Origin: Flavobacteriales bacterium
GTDB lineage: Bacteria > Bacteroidota > Bacteroidia > Flavobacteriales_G > NORP312
NCBI GenBank assembly: GCA_016763645.1
Contig: JAESTK010000028.1
Span: 1 to 54,246 of the forward strand
DNA: 54,246 nt
Reading direction: 5' to 3'
Shown: positions 46,148 through 54,246 of the stretch, in pieces
How positions within the stretch are numbered: the stretch's first letter is position 1
Layout of the letters: each line of letters begins with the position of its first letter
The notes under the pieces: generated by a model
The model's database searches: none
Seen by the model: only the letters and a program-made list of their open reading frames with translations
What the model was told of the DNA's origin: nothing
Program-made: the position numbers and the translations under genes

Positions 46148-47316
46148 AAACAAATAATGAAATAGGCCTTTTTGGCTTCGGAACGGTGGGCAAGGGTTTT
46201 TACCACTATGTATCAACTAGTAAGCAAGAAAACCGAATTCCCAGTATCGTAACAAAGGGCGATGATGGTGGAGATGCAATAATCCAGCGAAATGAAGTAG
46301 GGACGGTAGTGGAATTAATAAATAACGAAAACGATGCTTTACAGATTGTCACAGATGCATTAGAACATGGAAAAATGGTAGTGTCAGCGAACAAAAAGTT
46401 GATTGCCGAAAACTTAAAACATTTGTTGGAAACAGAGAAGAAGCATGACTCCAAGTTTTTATATGAAGGAGCTGTATGTGGCAGTATACCGATCATTCGA
46501 ATTTTGAACGATTTTTATGGTGAAGAACCAATACAAGAAATCAAAGGAATTTTTAACGGTTCTTCAAACCACATTTTAACCCAGCTGTTTGGTTCAGATA
46601 CGAGTTATGAGTCAGCCCTCCAACGAGCTCAAGAATTGGGATTTGCAGAGAAAGACCCTATTTCGGATGTAGGTGGTTTTGACGCATTGTACAAGTTGAT
46701 AATTATTACGGCTCATGGATTTGGTACCATTGTTAATCCGTCAGATGTATTGAATATCGGAATAGAATCGGTTTCAAAAGAGGACGTAGATTTTGCAAAA
46801 GACCATCGGTTTAAAATTAAACAAGTGGCAAAAGTGAGTTCAGAAAATGGAAAAATTTCGCTTTCTGTGGCGCCAACTTTAGTCGACTCGGAGAGTGAAC
46901 TATACACTACAGACGAAGAATATAACGGAGTATTAATTGAGTCAGAAAATGTGGGTAAGCAATTTTATAAAGGTAAAGGAGCCGGGAGTTTCCCCACAGG
47001 ATCTGTTGTTTATTCAGACCTAAAAGCGCTGGATAGCGGATACCAATATTCGTATCGAAAGGCGGAGCAAATAATTCCTGAACTAGATCAAAACGAGCGA
47101 ATTTCTGTTTTAGTAAGGACAGAAGGTTCCGCAGATTTACCACAAGGGTTTAATAAAGTAACTTATATAGAAAAGGGGCTTTATCTGGCGGTAACCACAT
47201 TATCGGATTTAGCTTTAAATAAGGACAATTTAAAATCGAACGGACTATCCGTTATCTTTATCGATAATAATAACATTACTAAACAACTCTTGAATTATGC
47301 AAGTGCAATTAACTAG
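46144..47316 (+). CDS. hom: homoserine dehydrogenase
   Basis: The Rossmann motif is GLFGFGTVGKG, followed by a homoserine-DH catalytic region (ANKKLIA, YEGAVCGSIPII, GF...DV.G.DA..KL). There is an ATGA overlap with metX. Confidence 0.85.
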   Translation: MKTNNEIGLFGFGTVGKGFYHYVSTSKQENRIPSIVTKGDDGGDAIIQRNEVGTVVELINNENDALQIVTDALEHGKMVVSANKKLIAENLKHLLETEKKHDSKFLYEGAVCGSIPIIRILNDFYGEEPIQEIKGIFNGSSNHILTQLFGSDTSYESALQRAQELGFAEKDPISDVGGFDALYKLIIITAHGFGTIVNPSDVLNIGIESVSKEDVDFAKDHRFKIKQVAKVSSENGKISLSVAPTLVDSESELYTTDEEYNGVLIESENVGKQFYKGKGAGSFPTGSVVYSDLKALDSGYQYSYRKAEQIIPELDQNERISVLVRTEGSADLPQGFNKVTYIEKGLYLAVTTLSDLALNKDNLKSNGLSVIFIDNNNITKQLLNYASAIN

Positions 47317-47707
47317 GCAAGAAGGACCATTTCTCTTTAGCATAAGTAACAATACGGGTGCCGTGCTGCATTCTGACGGCAATCCAAATATTGGTGGTTC
47401 TGGACAAGGCTTTCGGCCAATGGAACTTTTGCTCGCTGGAGCAGGAGGATGTGTTTCAATCGACTTAGTTCTTATTTTAAAAAAACAAAGACAGATAGTT
47501 GATGACATTCAAGTTACGGTAAGTGGAGAACGAGACGAGACCCCGGCCAAGGCCTTTCAATCAATTAAGTTCCATTTTGCCTTGAAAGGCGAAATAGATG
47601 AGCCAAAGTTAAATAGGGCCATAGGACTTGCGTTAGAGAAATATTGTTCCGTAGTACAGTCGTTAAACAAAAGCATTAAAATTAACTACACTTATAATAT
47701 TAGTTAA
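47297..47707 (+). CDS. OsmC/Ohr-family protein
   Basis: The 136-aa ORF has a paired Cys signature (GAGGCVSIDL and EKYCSV). It overlaps the 3' end of hom by 20 nt. Confidence 0.85.
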   Translation: MQVQLTRQEGPFLFSISNNTGAVLHSDGNPNIGGSGQGFRPMELLLAGAGGCVSIDLVLILKKQRQIVDDIQVTVSGERDETPAKAFQSIKFHFALKGEIDEPKLNRAIGLALEKYCSVVQSLNKSIKINYTYNIS

Positions 47708-47709
47708 TT

Positions 47710-48876
47710 ATGAAAACAAAAAACTTCGAAACCCTTGCTATTCGTACTCAGTCGGGTCGATCGCAACATCAAGAGCACTCTACACCGCTCCACCTTACAT
47801 CAAGTTATGTATTTGATGATGCAGAGCAGATGCGGGCTCGTTTTTCTGATGAAGAAGATGGAAATATCTATAGTAGATATTCAAACCCCAATACAACCGA
47901 GTTGATTGATAAAATTTGCTTACTTGAAGGAGCTGAAGCTGGTTGGGCAACAGCAACGGGTATGGCTGCGGTTTTTACAACATTTGGAGCATTTTTCGAA
48001 AGTGGAGACCACATTGTTGCGTGCAAGTCGATATTTGGCTCTACACATACCATTCTCACTAAGATATTGCCGAAATGGAATATTACTCATTCCTACGTTG
48101 ACATCAACGAAACAGAATTATGGGAAGCTGCCATTAAGGCAAACACTAAAGCGATTTACATTGAAACACCAACTAATCCAGGAGTTGATATAATTGATTT
48201 AGAATGGGTAGGTGCTTTAGCAAAAAAGCATAATATCCTACTTATTGTGGATAATTGCTTTGCTACGCCATATATTCAACAACCGATTAAGTATGGTGCC
48301 GATTTGGTAATTCATTCTGCTACCAAATACCTTGACGGGCTAGGAAGGGTAATGGGAGGGCTAATTGCGGGTTCTCAAAAGTTGATTGATGAGGTTGAGG
48401 GTTTTGCTCGGCATTCTGGCCCAGCATTGTCACCTTTTAACGCATGGACAATTTCCAAAAGTTTAGAAACTTTAGCAATTAGAATGGAAAAACACTCAGA
48501 AAATGCTCTTTTTTTGGCAAAATGTATTGAAAATCACGAAAAAGTTGAATTTGTGAAATATCCTTTTTTACGCTCTCATCCGCAATATGATATTGCTAAA
48601 AAGCAAATGAAGCTAGGCGGAGGAATTGTCACTTTTGTGGTAAAGGGAGGCGTTGAAACAGGAAGAAGCTTCTTAGATAAATTGCAAATGATTTCGCTCA
48701 CAGCTAATCTAGGCGATACTAGAACAATTGCGACTCATCCAGCATCAACAACGCATGCTCGGTTATCTGAAGAAGAACGACTAGATGTTGGTATTCTCCC
48801 GGGACTTATTCGTATTTCGGTAGGTATTGAAAACATTGAAGACATTAAACTGGATATTTTGCAAGCTTTAAATTAA
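47710..48876 (+). CDS. O-acylhomoserine sulfhydrylase / cystathionine gamma-synthase family PLP enzyme (MetZ/MetB-like)
   Basis: This 388-aa ORF belongs to the Cys/Met-metabolism PLP family. The Schiff-base Lys lies in HSATKYLDG, and the C-terminus has LIRISVGIE. Confidence 0.88.
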   Translation: MKTKNFETLAIRTQSGRSQHQEHSTPLHLTSSYVFDDAEQMRARFSDEEDGNIYSRYSNPNTTELIDKICLLEGAEAGWATATGMAAVFTTFGAFFESGDHIVACKSIFGSTHTILTKILPKWNITHSYVDINETELWEAAIKANTKAIYIETPTNPGVDIIDLEWVGALAKKHNILLIVDNCFATPYIQQPIKYGADLVIHSATKYLDGLGRVMGGLIAGSQKLIDEVEGFARHSGPALSPFNAWTISKSLETLAIRMEKHSENALFLAKCIENHEKVEFVKYPFLRSHPQYDIAKKQMKLGGGIVTFVVKGGVETGRSFLDKLQMISLTANLGDTRTIATHPASTTHARLSEEERLDVGILPGLIRISVGIENIEDIKLDILQALN

Positions 48877-48913
48877 TTTTGCAGGAAGAGGCTAAACTAT
48901 TAAAACTGAAATA

Positions 48914-49903
48914 ATGAAACTAGCTGTTGTAGGAGCTACTGGTATGGTAGGTAATGTAATGTTGCAGGTATTGGCTGAACGAAACTTGCCTATTGATGAG
49001 TATTTATTTGTGGCTTCTGAGCGATCTGTGGGCAAGGAAATAGTATTCAATAACAAGACCTACAAAATTATTGGTTTGGCTGATGCTGTTGACTCACAAC
49101 CCGACATAGCCATTTTTCCTGCAGGTGGAGGCATTTCGAGAGAGTGGGCACCGAAATTTACAGCTGTAGGCTGTACGGTTATTGATAATTCGTCTGCTTG
49201 GCGAATGGATAAAACCAAGAAATTAATTGTTCCCGAGATAAATGCAGATGAACTAACGGCAGAAGATAAAATCATTGCAAACCCTAACTGCAGTACGATA
49301 CAGATGGTTTTAGCACTATTACCATTACACAAACAGTATGGTATTAAGCGACTGGTTGTTTCCACCTATCAATCCGTTAGTGGCACAGGGGTTAAGGCGA
49401 TTGAGCAGATGAATAATGAGCGGGTTGGTAAAAAAGGCGAAATGGCTTACCCATACCCAATAGACATGAACTGTTTACCACACGGGGGAGACTTTCAAGA
49501 TGATGGCTACACCACCGAAGAGCAAAAACTAGTTGATGAAACACGAAAAATTTTAGGAGATAACAACATTGCCATTACCGCCACCGTTGTTCGTGTGCCA
49601 GTAAGTGGAGGGCATTCAGAGTCGATTAATGTTGAGCTAAAAAATGATTTCGACTTAAACGAAGTGATCCAATCGCTAGTGAGAACACCAGGGATTAAAG
49701 TACAAGACAATCCAGATGTAAACCTGTATCCAATGCCACTTTATGCGAAAGGTAAGGATGAGGTGTTTGTAGGCAGACTGCGTAGAGACTTCTCACAACT
49801 CAACACGTTAAATATGTGGGTAGTTTCAGATAACCTAAGAAAAGGGGCAGCTACAAATGCAGTGCAGATTGCCGAATATATTATAGAAAAACATCTGATT
49901 TAA
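48914..49903 (+). CDS. asd: aspartate-semialdehyde dehydrogenase
   Basis: VVGATGMVG is present, the active-site Cys lies in NPNCSTIQM, and the C-terminus has SDNLRKGAATNAVQIAE. Confidence 0.95.
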   Translation: MKLAVVGATGMVGNVMLQVLAERNLPIDEYLFVASERSVGKEIVFNNKTYKIIGLADAVDSQPDIAIFPAGGGISREWAPKFTAVGCTVIDNSSAWRMDKTKKLIVPEINADELTAEDKIIANPNCSTIQMVLALLPLHKQYGIKRLVVSTYQSVSGTGVKAIEQMNNERVGKKGEMAYPYPIDMNCLPHGGDFQDDGYTTEEQKLVDETRKILGDNNIAITATVVRVPVSGGHSESINVELKNDFDLNEVIQSLVRTPGIKVQDNPDVNLYPMPLYAKGKDEVFVGRLRRDFSQLNTLNMWVVSDNLRKGAATNAVQIAEYIIEKHLI

Positions 49904-49957
49904 ACAGGGATTAGACGTTTGATTAACTGTTTATAGACACTAATTTATTCTCATGCC

Positions 49958-50683
49958 TCAAGCCAATTGTAATAGCTTTTCGTAATGGGGCATACATAAA
50001 TCTAATAGTGGTTTTAAGCGATTTGGATAAGGAGCTGTTTTTGGTTTATATTCCATAAATCCTTTTGATTTATGAACATTTTTATACCAGTATTTTGCCC
50101 ATATTCCATCTTCGTTTCTCGCTCCAGCGGGCCACGACAACATGTTTTTGTCAAAAGAGATACTTGCTTCATTACACATGCGGGTTAATGCTTTTTCGGG
50201 ATTCATCAAAATGTCTTTAGAATCGAACACAATTGGTTTAATTCCTACCTCTTGAAAAGACTCTACTAAGTTAATGTGTAGTGCATACCCGACATCATCC
50301 ATTGTAGGGTTTTCTATTACTTCGGCAAAAGAAGGAAGCATTTCTAAAGGGTTTCGGGTTAGAATTACATTTACTGTGTTTTTCATAAATGAGCGGTCTA
50401 GGCCGAGTAAATGATGCGTCATGTTTTTGAAAAACACAACGGGTTTTTCGTGTAGCCCCATCATCATATCAATAACTTTTTCGCCATCCTTTTCCATTGA
50501 AGCTAAAATATCAGTTGCACCTGGATGATACTCATTTGCGGGGGTTGATTTTAAATAATGCGCATACAGCGGTTCGTCACATACTGAGGTGTCGGCTCTT
50601 TGAGCGAATGAATACATCAATGCTGTTGAAATGTTTCTAGGCCCAGCCCAAAGACAAATTCTTTTAGTATTGTCGGACGCCAT
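49958..50683 (-). CDS. sulfotransferase-like P-loop-fold protein of unknown function
   Basis: The 241-aa ORF has WAGPRNISTALMYSFAQR...DEPLYAHYL and RNPLEMLPSF. From memory, it resembles the N-terminal domain of plant BCAT-like proteins. Confidence 0.6.
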   Translation of the reverse strand: MASDNTKRICLWAGPRNISTALMYSFAQRADTSVCDEPLYAHYLKSTPANEYHPGATDILASMEKDGEKVIDMMMGLHEKPVVFFKNMTHHLLGLDRSFMKNTVNVILTRNPLEMLPSFAEVIENPTMDDVGYALHINLVESFQEVGIKPIVFDSKDILMNPEKALTRMCNEASISFDKNMLSWPAGARNEDGIWAKYWYKNVHKSKGFMEYKPKTAPYPNRLKPLLDLCMPHYEKLLQLA

Positions 50684-51604
50684 TTAATTCGTTTGCTTTA
50701 TTTCGGACTGAATTAAAGCTTCGTATAATTTACTTAAGCTTTGGGTCATTTTTCCGTACGTTCCTTCTCCAATTATTTTTCCATCAATTTTTGTTACGGG
50801 TGTTAGACCTCCAAAGGTTCCCGTAACAAAGGCTTCGTCAGCACCATAAACATCGAAGAGAGAAAAGTTTTTCTGTTTACAAACAAGGTTATTTTCTTCG
50901 CAAAGACGAATCACATTTTCGCGTGTTATTCCGTTCATGCAATATTGCCCTGTCGATGTCCAAACTTCATCATCTTTTATGATAAAAAAATTGGTTGCGT
51001 TGCAGGTTGCGACAAACCCGTTTATATCTAACATAAGAGCTTCATCTGCTCCAGCTTCTATTGCTTGCATCAATGCCTGTACTTCATGCAACTTACTGTG
51101 ACAGTTTAACCGAGGGTCGAGCGCATCTGGTGAACCCCTTCGAATGGTGCTGGTAAATAATGTAACCCCCTGTTCTTTGCTCTGTGTCGATGCTTTTTTG
51201 TGCTCGGCAATGATGACGAGGTTTGGCCCGGAGATGGTAAAACGAGGGTCTTGGGTTGGTGTTTTTTTAATGCCGCGAGTTACCATTACTCGAAGGTGAA
51301 CATCGGTTTGCATTTGGTTCGCATTGAGAGTCGCCCATATTTTTTCTGTTAACTCTTCTTTACTAAAATCGAGTTTTATCCCTATCGCAGTGGCAGATTG
51401 CCATAAACGATTTAGGTGAAGACCGAGAAAAACAAGAACGCCATCGTGGAGTCTCATTCCTTCCCAGACCCCATCTCCGATTAAATAACCGCTATCGAAT
51501 ACTGAAATTTTTGCATCATCTCGAGGGAATAGCTCCTCGTTAACAAAAATTTTAATGTCCTGATTTCTTGAATCAGCTTCAGCGTTATGAGTTCCGTGTA
51601 CCAT
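50684..51604 (-). CDS. class IV (branched-chain / D-amino-acid) aminotransferase family protein
   Basis: The fold-type IV motifs are SVFDSGYLIGDGVWEGMR, RVMVTRG, CNATNFFII and PGITR-like NGITREN. The stop TAA is immediately followed by the next gene's ATG. Confidence 0.85.
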   Translation of the reverse strand: MVHGTHNAEADSRNQDIKIFVNEELFPRDDAKISVFDSGYLIGDGVWEGMRLHDGVLVFLGLHLNRLWQSATAIGIKLDFSKEELTEKIWATLNANQMQTDVHLRVMVTRGIKKTPTQDPRFTISGPNLVIIAEHKKASTQSKEQGVTLFTSTIRRGSPDALDPRLNCHSKLHEVQALMQAIEAGADEALMLDINGFVATCNATNFFIIKDDEVWTSTGQYCMNGITRENVIRLCEENNLVCKQKNFSLFDVYGADEAFVTGTFGGLTPVTKIDGKIIGEGTYGKMTQSLSKLYEALIQSEIKQTN

Positions 51605-51663
51605 GTATAAAAATGTTTTTTATATTTAATGTGTATAGCTTAAAATTATAATCATTAGAAATA

Positions 51664-52494
51664 TTAATGGGCATGAATTATATCTCTTCCGTGGTTTTTC
51701 TCATGGAAATCTAGGTGGTGGTAAAAACTCAGCCTTACTATATGTCTAATTTCCATTTTATCGGGGGCTCTATCGTGCCTATAGGTGTTCATGTAGCCTA
51801 GTTGCATTGACATAGCAGGGTTTAAGACGTAGCCTAAACCAAGAAACGACCTAAAGTCTTCAAGGTGGTTGTACGTTATGGTTTTACCAAATTGCATGAA
51901 TAGCTCACTATAAAAAGAGACGAAAAATGTATGTGGGTCGTGGTAATCAGGGTTGTTAATAGGATAGTAAGCCGTTAGCTTATATCGGTAACGAAACGTA
52001 AATTTAAAAGGGGAGTCCTTTATATAATTTCGCTTGAAACGTTCCTCAGCTCTAAGTTGATGATATACAATCAACCTATCGAATGGCGTAGCAAAAACGA
52101 ATTGTTGCCACCCCCTATATTGTGGAACAACTTTGTCAATATTTGGCGCATCTTGATCTGGTGCCCAATAGTACGGATTAACTACACCAATAGTAAATTC
52201 GCTATGGTTTGAAAATCGATGACTAACACCAAATCGAAGGTAGATTTGAGCCATATCGCTGAATCCATTTCTTCGTCTTAGGTGATATTCTCCATAATAC
52301 GACCATTTTTTACTGATTTTATACTTGGTATAAAACCCGAGCCAACTTCCAGCAGTCTGTCGATACGTTTTTTCATAAGCTAATGAATCTGGCGCAGCAG
52401 AGACGAAAGTGGAGCAGCCAAAATACAACAGCAGACAGAGCGTGGATTTAGTAAATTTATAACCTAGACCTATGCCCTTTGTTTCTCCCATCAA
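51664..52494 (-). CDS. putative outer-membrane beta-barrel protein (DUF2490-like)
   Basis: It has a signal peptide, and aromatic-rich alternating strands (YGEYHLRRR, RFGVSHRF, FRYRYKLTAYY). The family assignment is from memory. Confidence 0.45.
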   Translation of the reverse strand: MMGETKGIGLGYKFTKSTLCLLLYFGCSTFVSAAPDSLAYEKTYRQTAGSWLGFYTKYKISKKWSYYGEYHLRRRNGFSDMAQIYLRFGVSHRFSNHSEFTIGVVNPYYWAPDQDAPNIDKVVPQYRGWQQFVFATPFDRLIVYHQLRAEERFKRNYIKDSPFKFTFRYRYKLTAYYPINNPDYHDPHTFFVSFYSELFMQFGKTITYNHLEDFRSFLGLGYVLNPAMSMQLGYMNTYRHDRAPDKMEIRHIVRLSFYHHLDFHEKNHGRDIIHAH

Positions 52495-52641
52495 TATTCG
52501 AAATTAGACAGAATAGATGAGAAAAACAAGATACCCTATTGCTTTTCTGTATGTTACAGTCGAAAAAGAGGGTTATGGTGCCCTATTCTTGGTTTTGGTA
52601 TATTACGAACATAAAAACACCGATTACCCCAATCACTAACT

Positions 52642-52824
52642 CTAAATTGTTGCCTTAAACAACCCATCTACAGGAATGCCATCCAGTAAAATGCTAAGCA
52701 CCCTGCCGCCCCCAACAGAAATAAATACTATTGGCGAGACTAAAGCTGCGGTATAGCTTATTTTCTTGATAAAAGTTCCTAGTATTGATAGTAATCCGGT
52801 AGCGAGAAACAAACCTCCAGACAT
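52642..52824 (-). CDS. small hydrophobic membrane protein (DUF4345-like fragment, possibly frameshifted)
   Basis: The 60-aa ORF has GGGRVLSILLDGIP. A hydrophobic continuation lies in another frame down to 52583. Confidence 0.35.
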   Translation of the reverse strand: MSGGLFLATGLLSILGTFIKKISYTAALVSPIVFISVGGGRVLSILLDGIPVDGLFKATI

Positions 52825-52853
52825 ACTTTTTCATCAAAAAATGACCACTTTCT

Positions 52854-54173
52854 TTAAAAATGATCAATAAACCGAATCATGAGTTTAAAATAATCTTCGA
52901 AATCTGTAAAGGGTAAAGTTTCAGATTTATCATAAATATCGTGGTACGCTTTTATTCCGCCAAGTGTATAGATAAAAAAGCAAGGTACACCTTTTTCAAA
53001 AAACATACAGTGATCACTATTACACGATTCTCCTCTAACTTTTACTTGCGTCAACAAGCCTGTTTCGGAGTTTAGTTTTTGTAAACGATCGAACTGAGTT
53101 TTAAAAATATTGCCGTTAACAACCTGTATGCCTTCATCTCCTGTCCCAGAAATATCAAAATTGATTAAGAATTTGATCTTTTTAAGAGGCATTACAGGGT
53201 TTTCTACATAATACGTTGACCCTACCAATCCAATTTCTTCTCCGGCAAAGGCAATAAACAAAACGGAGTATTTTGGTGGATTATCTTTGTAATATTTTGC
53301 CATGTTTAACAGCATTGCGATACCGCTGGCGTTATCATTTGCCCCAGGATAATAGGTGTCCTTCCCCATTCTGCCGAGATGGTCGTAGTGAGCCGTTAAG
53401 ACAATTGTAGAATCGGGAACCGTAGCGCCTTTTATAAAACCAATGATGTTCTGTGTCTTATGTTTTTTAATGAATTTATTTTCGATATCTAGTTTTAATG
53501 ATGTGATGTCTTTGGAAACAGAATCAATTTTTAAAGTGAAAGTTGGTTTCTGAAGTACCTCGGTTGAAGCTCCCCAGGTCAACTTTTCCTTACTTAGAAT
53601 TAATGTGCCTAGCGCTGTGTTTTTATCACTGTAAATAAAGAACGACTTGTATTCTTGAATAGTTTTTTTCTCATCTTTTGTAAGTTCCTTATAACAAGGG
53701 TGAATCACAATAAATTTATCTGATAATTGACTAACAATATTTTTTAATCGCGAAGGGTACAAAAAGTCTTCTTCGTTGCAATTAACTGTTTCAAACGTGC
53801 CTGACACGGATGGCGATCCTGGCTCTATTTGGTAATCTTTTCCAGGAGATAGCAATTTGTCATTGATTGTTACGCTCATTTTCCCAGGAAAACTGTTGAC
53901 AGAAGTAGTAAAAGGTTGAACAAAGTTTTTTGTTTTTGATTCTAGCCCAATTTTTTTAAATTCTTCAACAATAAATTTCGCTGCAATTTTGTCGCCATTG
54001 TTCACATAACCACGCCCATGCATTTGAGGACTGCAAAGAGAGTCTAAAACATATCTAGCGTAGGTTAAATTTTGAGATTTTACATCCAGACAAAGTAAAA
54101 GAATAAATGAAAAGAATGCATATAATCGTAATAAAACGATGCTTTTTTGTAAAAAATGGGGTAAATTAATCAT
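52854..54173 (-). CDS. M28-family zinc aminopeptidase
   Basis: It has a signal peptide and the motifs AHYDHLG, GANDNASG and FAGEEIGLVGS. Confidence 0.85.
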   Translation of the reverse strand: MINLPHFLQKSIVLLRLYAFFSFILLLCLDVKSQNLTYARYVLDSLCSPQMHGRGYVNNGDKIAAKFIVEEFKKIGLESKTKNFVQPFTTSVNSFPGKMSVTINDKLLSPGKDYQIEPGSPSVSGTFETVNCNEEDFLYPSRLKNIVSQLSDKFIVIHPCYKELTKDEKKTIQEYKSFFIYSDKNTALGTLILSKEKLTWGASTEVLQKPTFTLKIDSVSKDITSLKLDIENKFIKKHKTQNIIGFIKGATVPDSTIVLTAHYDHLGRMGKDTYYPGANDNASGIAMLLNMAKYYKDNPPKYSVLFIAFAGEEIGLVGSTYYVENPVMPLKKIKFLINFDISGTGDEGIQVVNGNIFKTQFDRLQKLNSETGLLTQVKVRGESCNSDHCMFFEKGVPCFFIYTLGGIKAYHDIYDKSETLPFTDFEDYFKLMIRFIDHF

Positions 54174-54246
54174 TTTTCGTTCTTTTACTCAAAATTAGAT
54201 GTCTTTTGGCTTTCTCTTTTGGATTGCTTTTGCAAATGGGTTAAAA

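Overview
This is a 54.2-kb low-GC chromosomal window that looks like Bacteroidota (Flavobacteriia/Cytophagia-like). The supporting evidence is T9SS type-A and type-B C-terminal sorting domains, SprB repeats, TAnnTTTG-like promoter boxes, and the glmS / DUF4270 / short glycogen synthase / panC gene order. The left flank is housekeeping: sodA, glmS, panC, radA, a Usp gene, hemA and a hemC-hemD fusion. It also holds a propeller-sensor class III nucleotide cyclase that overlaps an HD-domain gene. The centre (about 18.6-44.6 kb) is a cell-surface region. It contains a PAS histidine kinase with a LuxR-type response regulator, a TPR-LuxR transmembrane regulator, and six secreted multidomain proteins, interrupted only by lgt. 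The right flank is an Asp-to-Met biosynthesis operon (metX-hom-osmC-metZ-like-asd) preceded by a SAM-I riboswitch. It is followed by a class IV aminotransferase / sulfotransferase-like pair and an M28 peptidase. I found no rRNA, tRNA, CRISPR array, transposase or integrase. The observation I rate highest is an unannotated 43-codon ORF at 44899-45030. It ends in SCCMMWSACCCMC and sits between the SAM-I aptamer and metX. It may be a Cys/Met leader peptide layered on the riboswitch. All product calls come from motif recognition by eye; no database searches were run.
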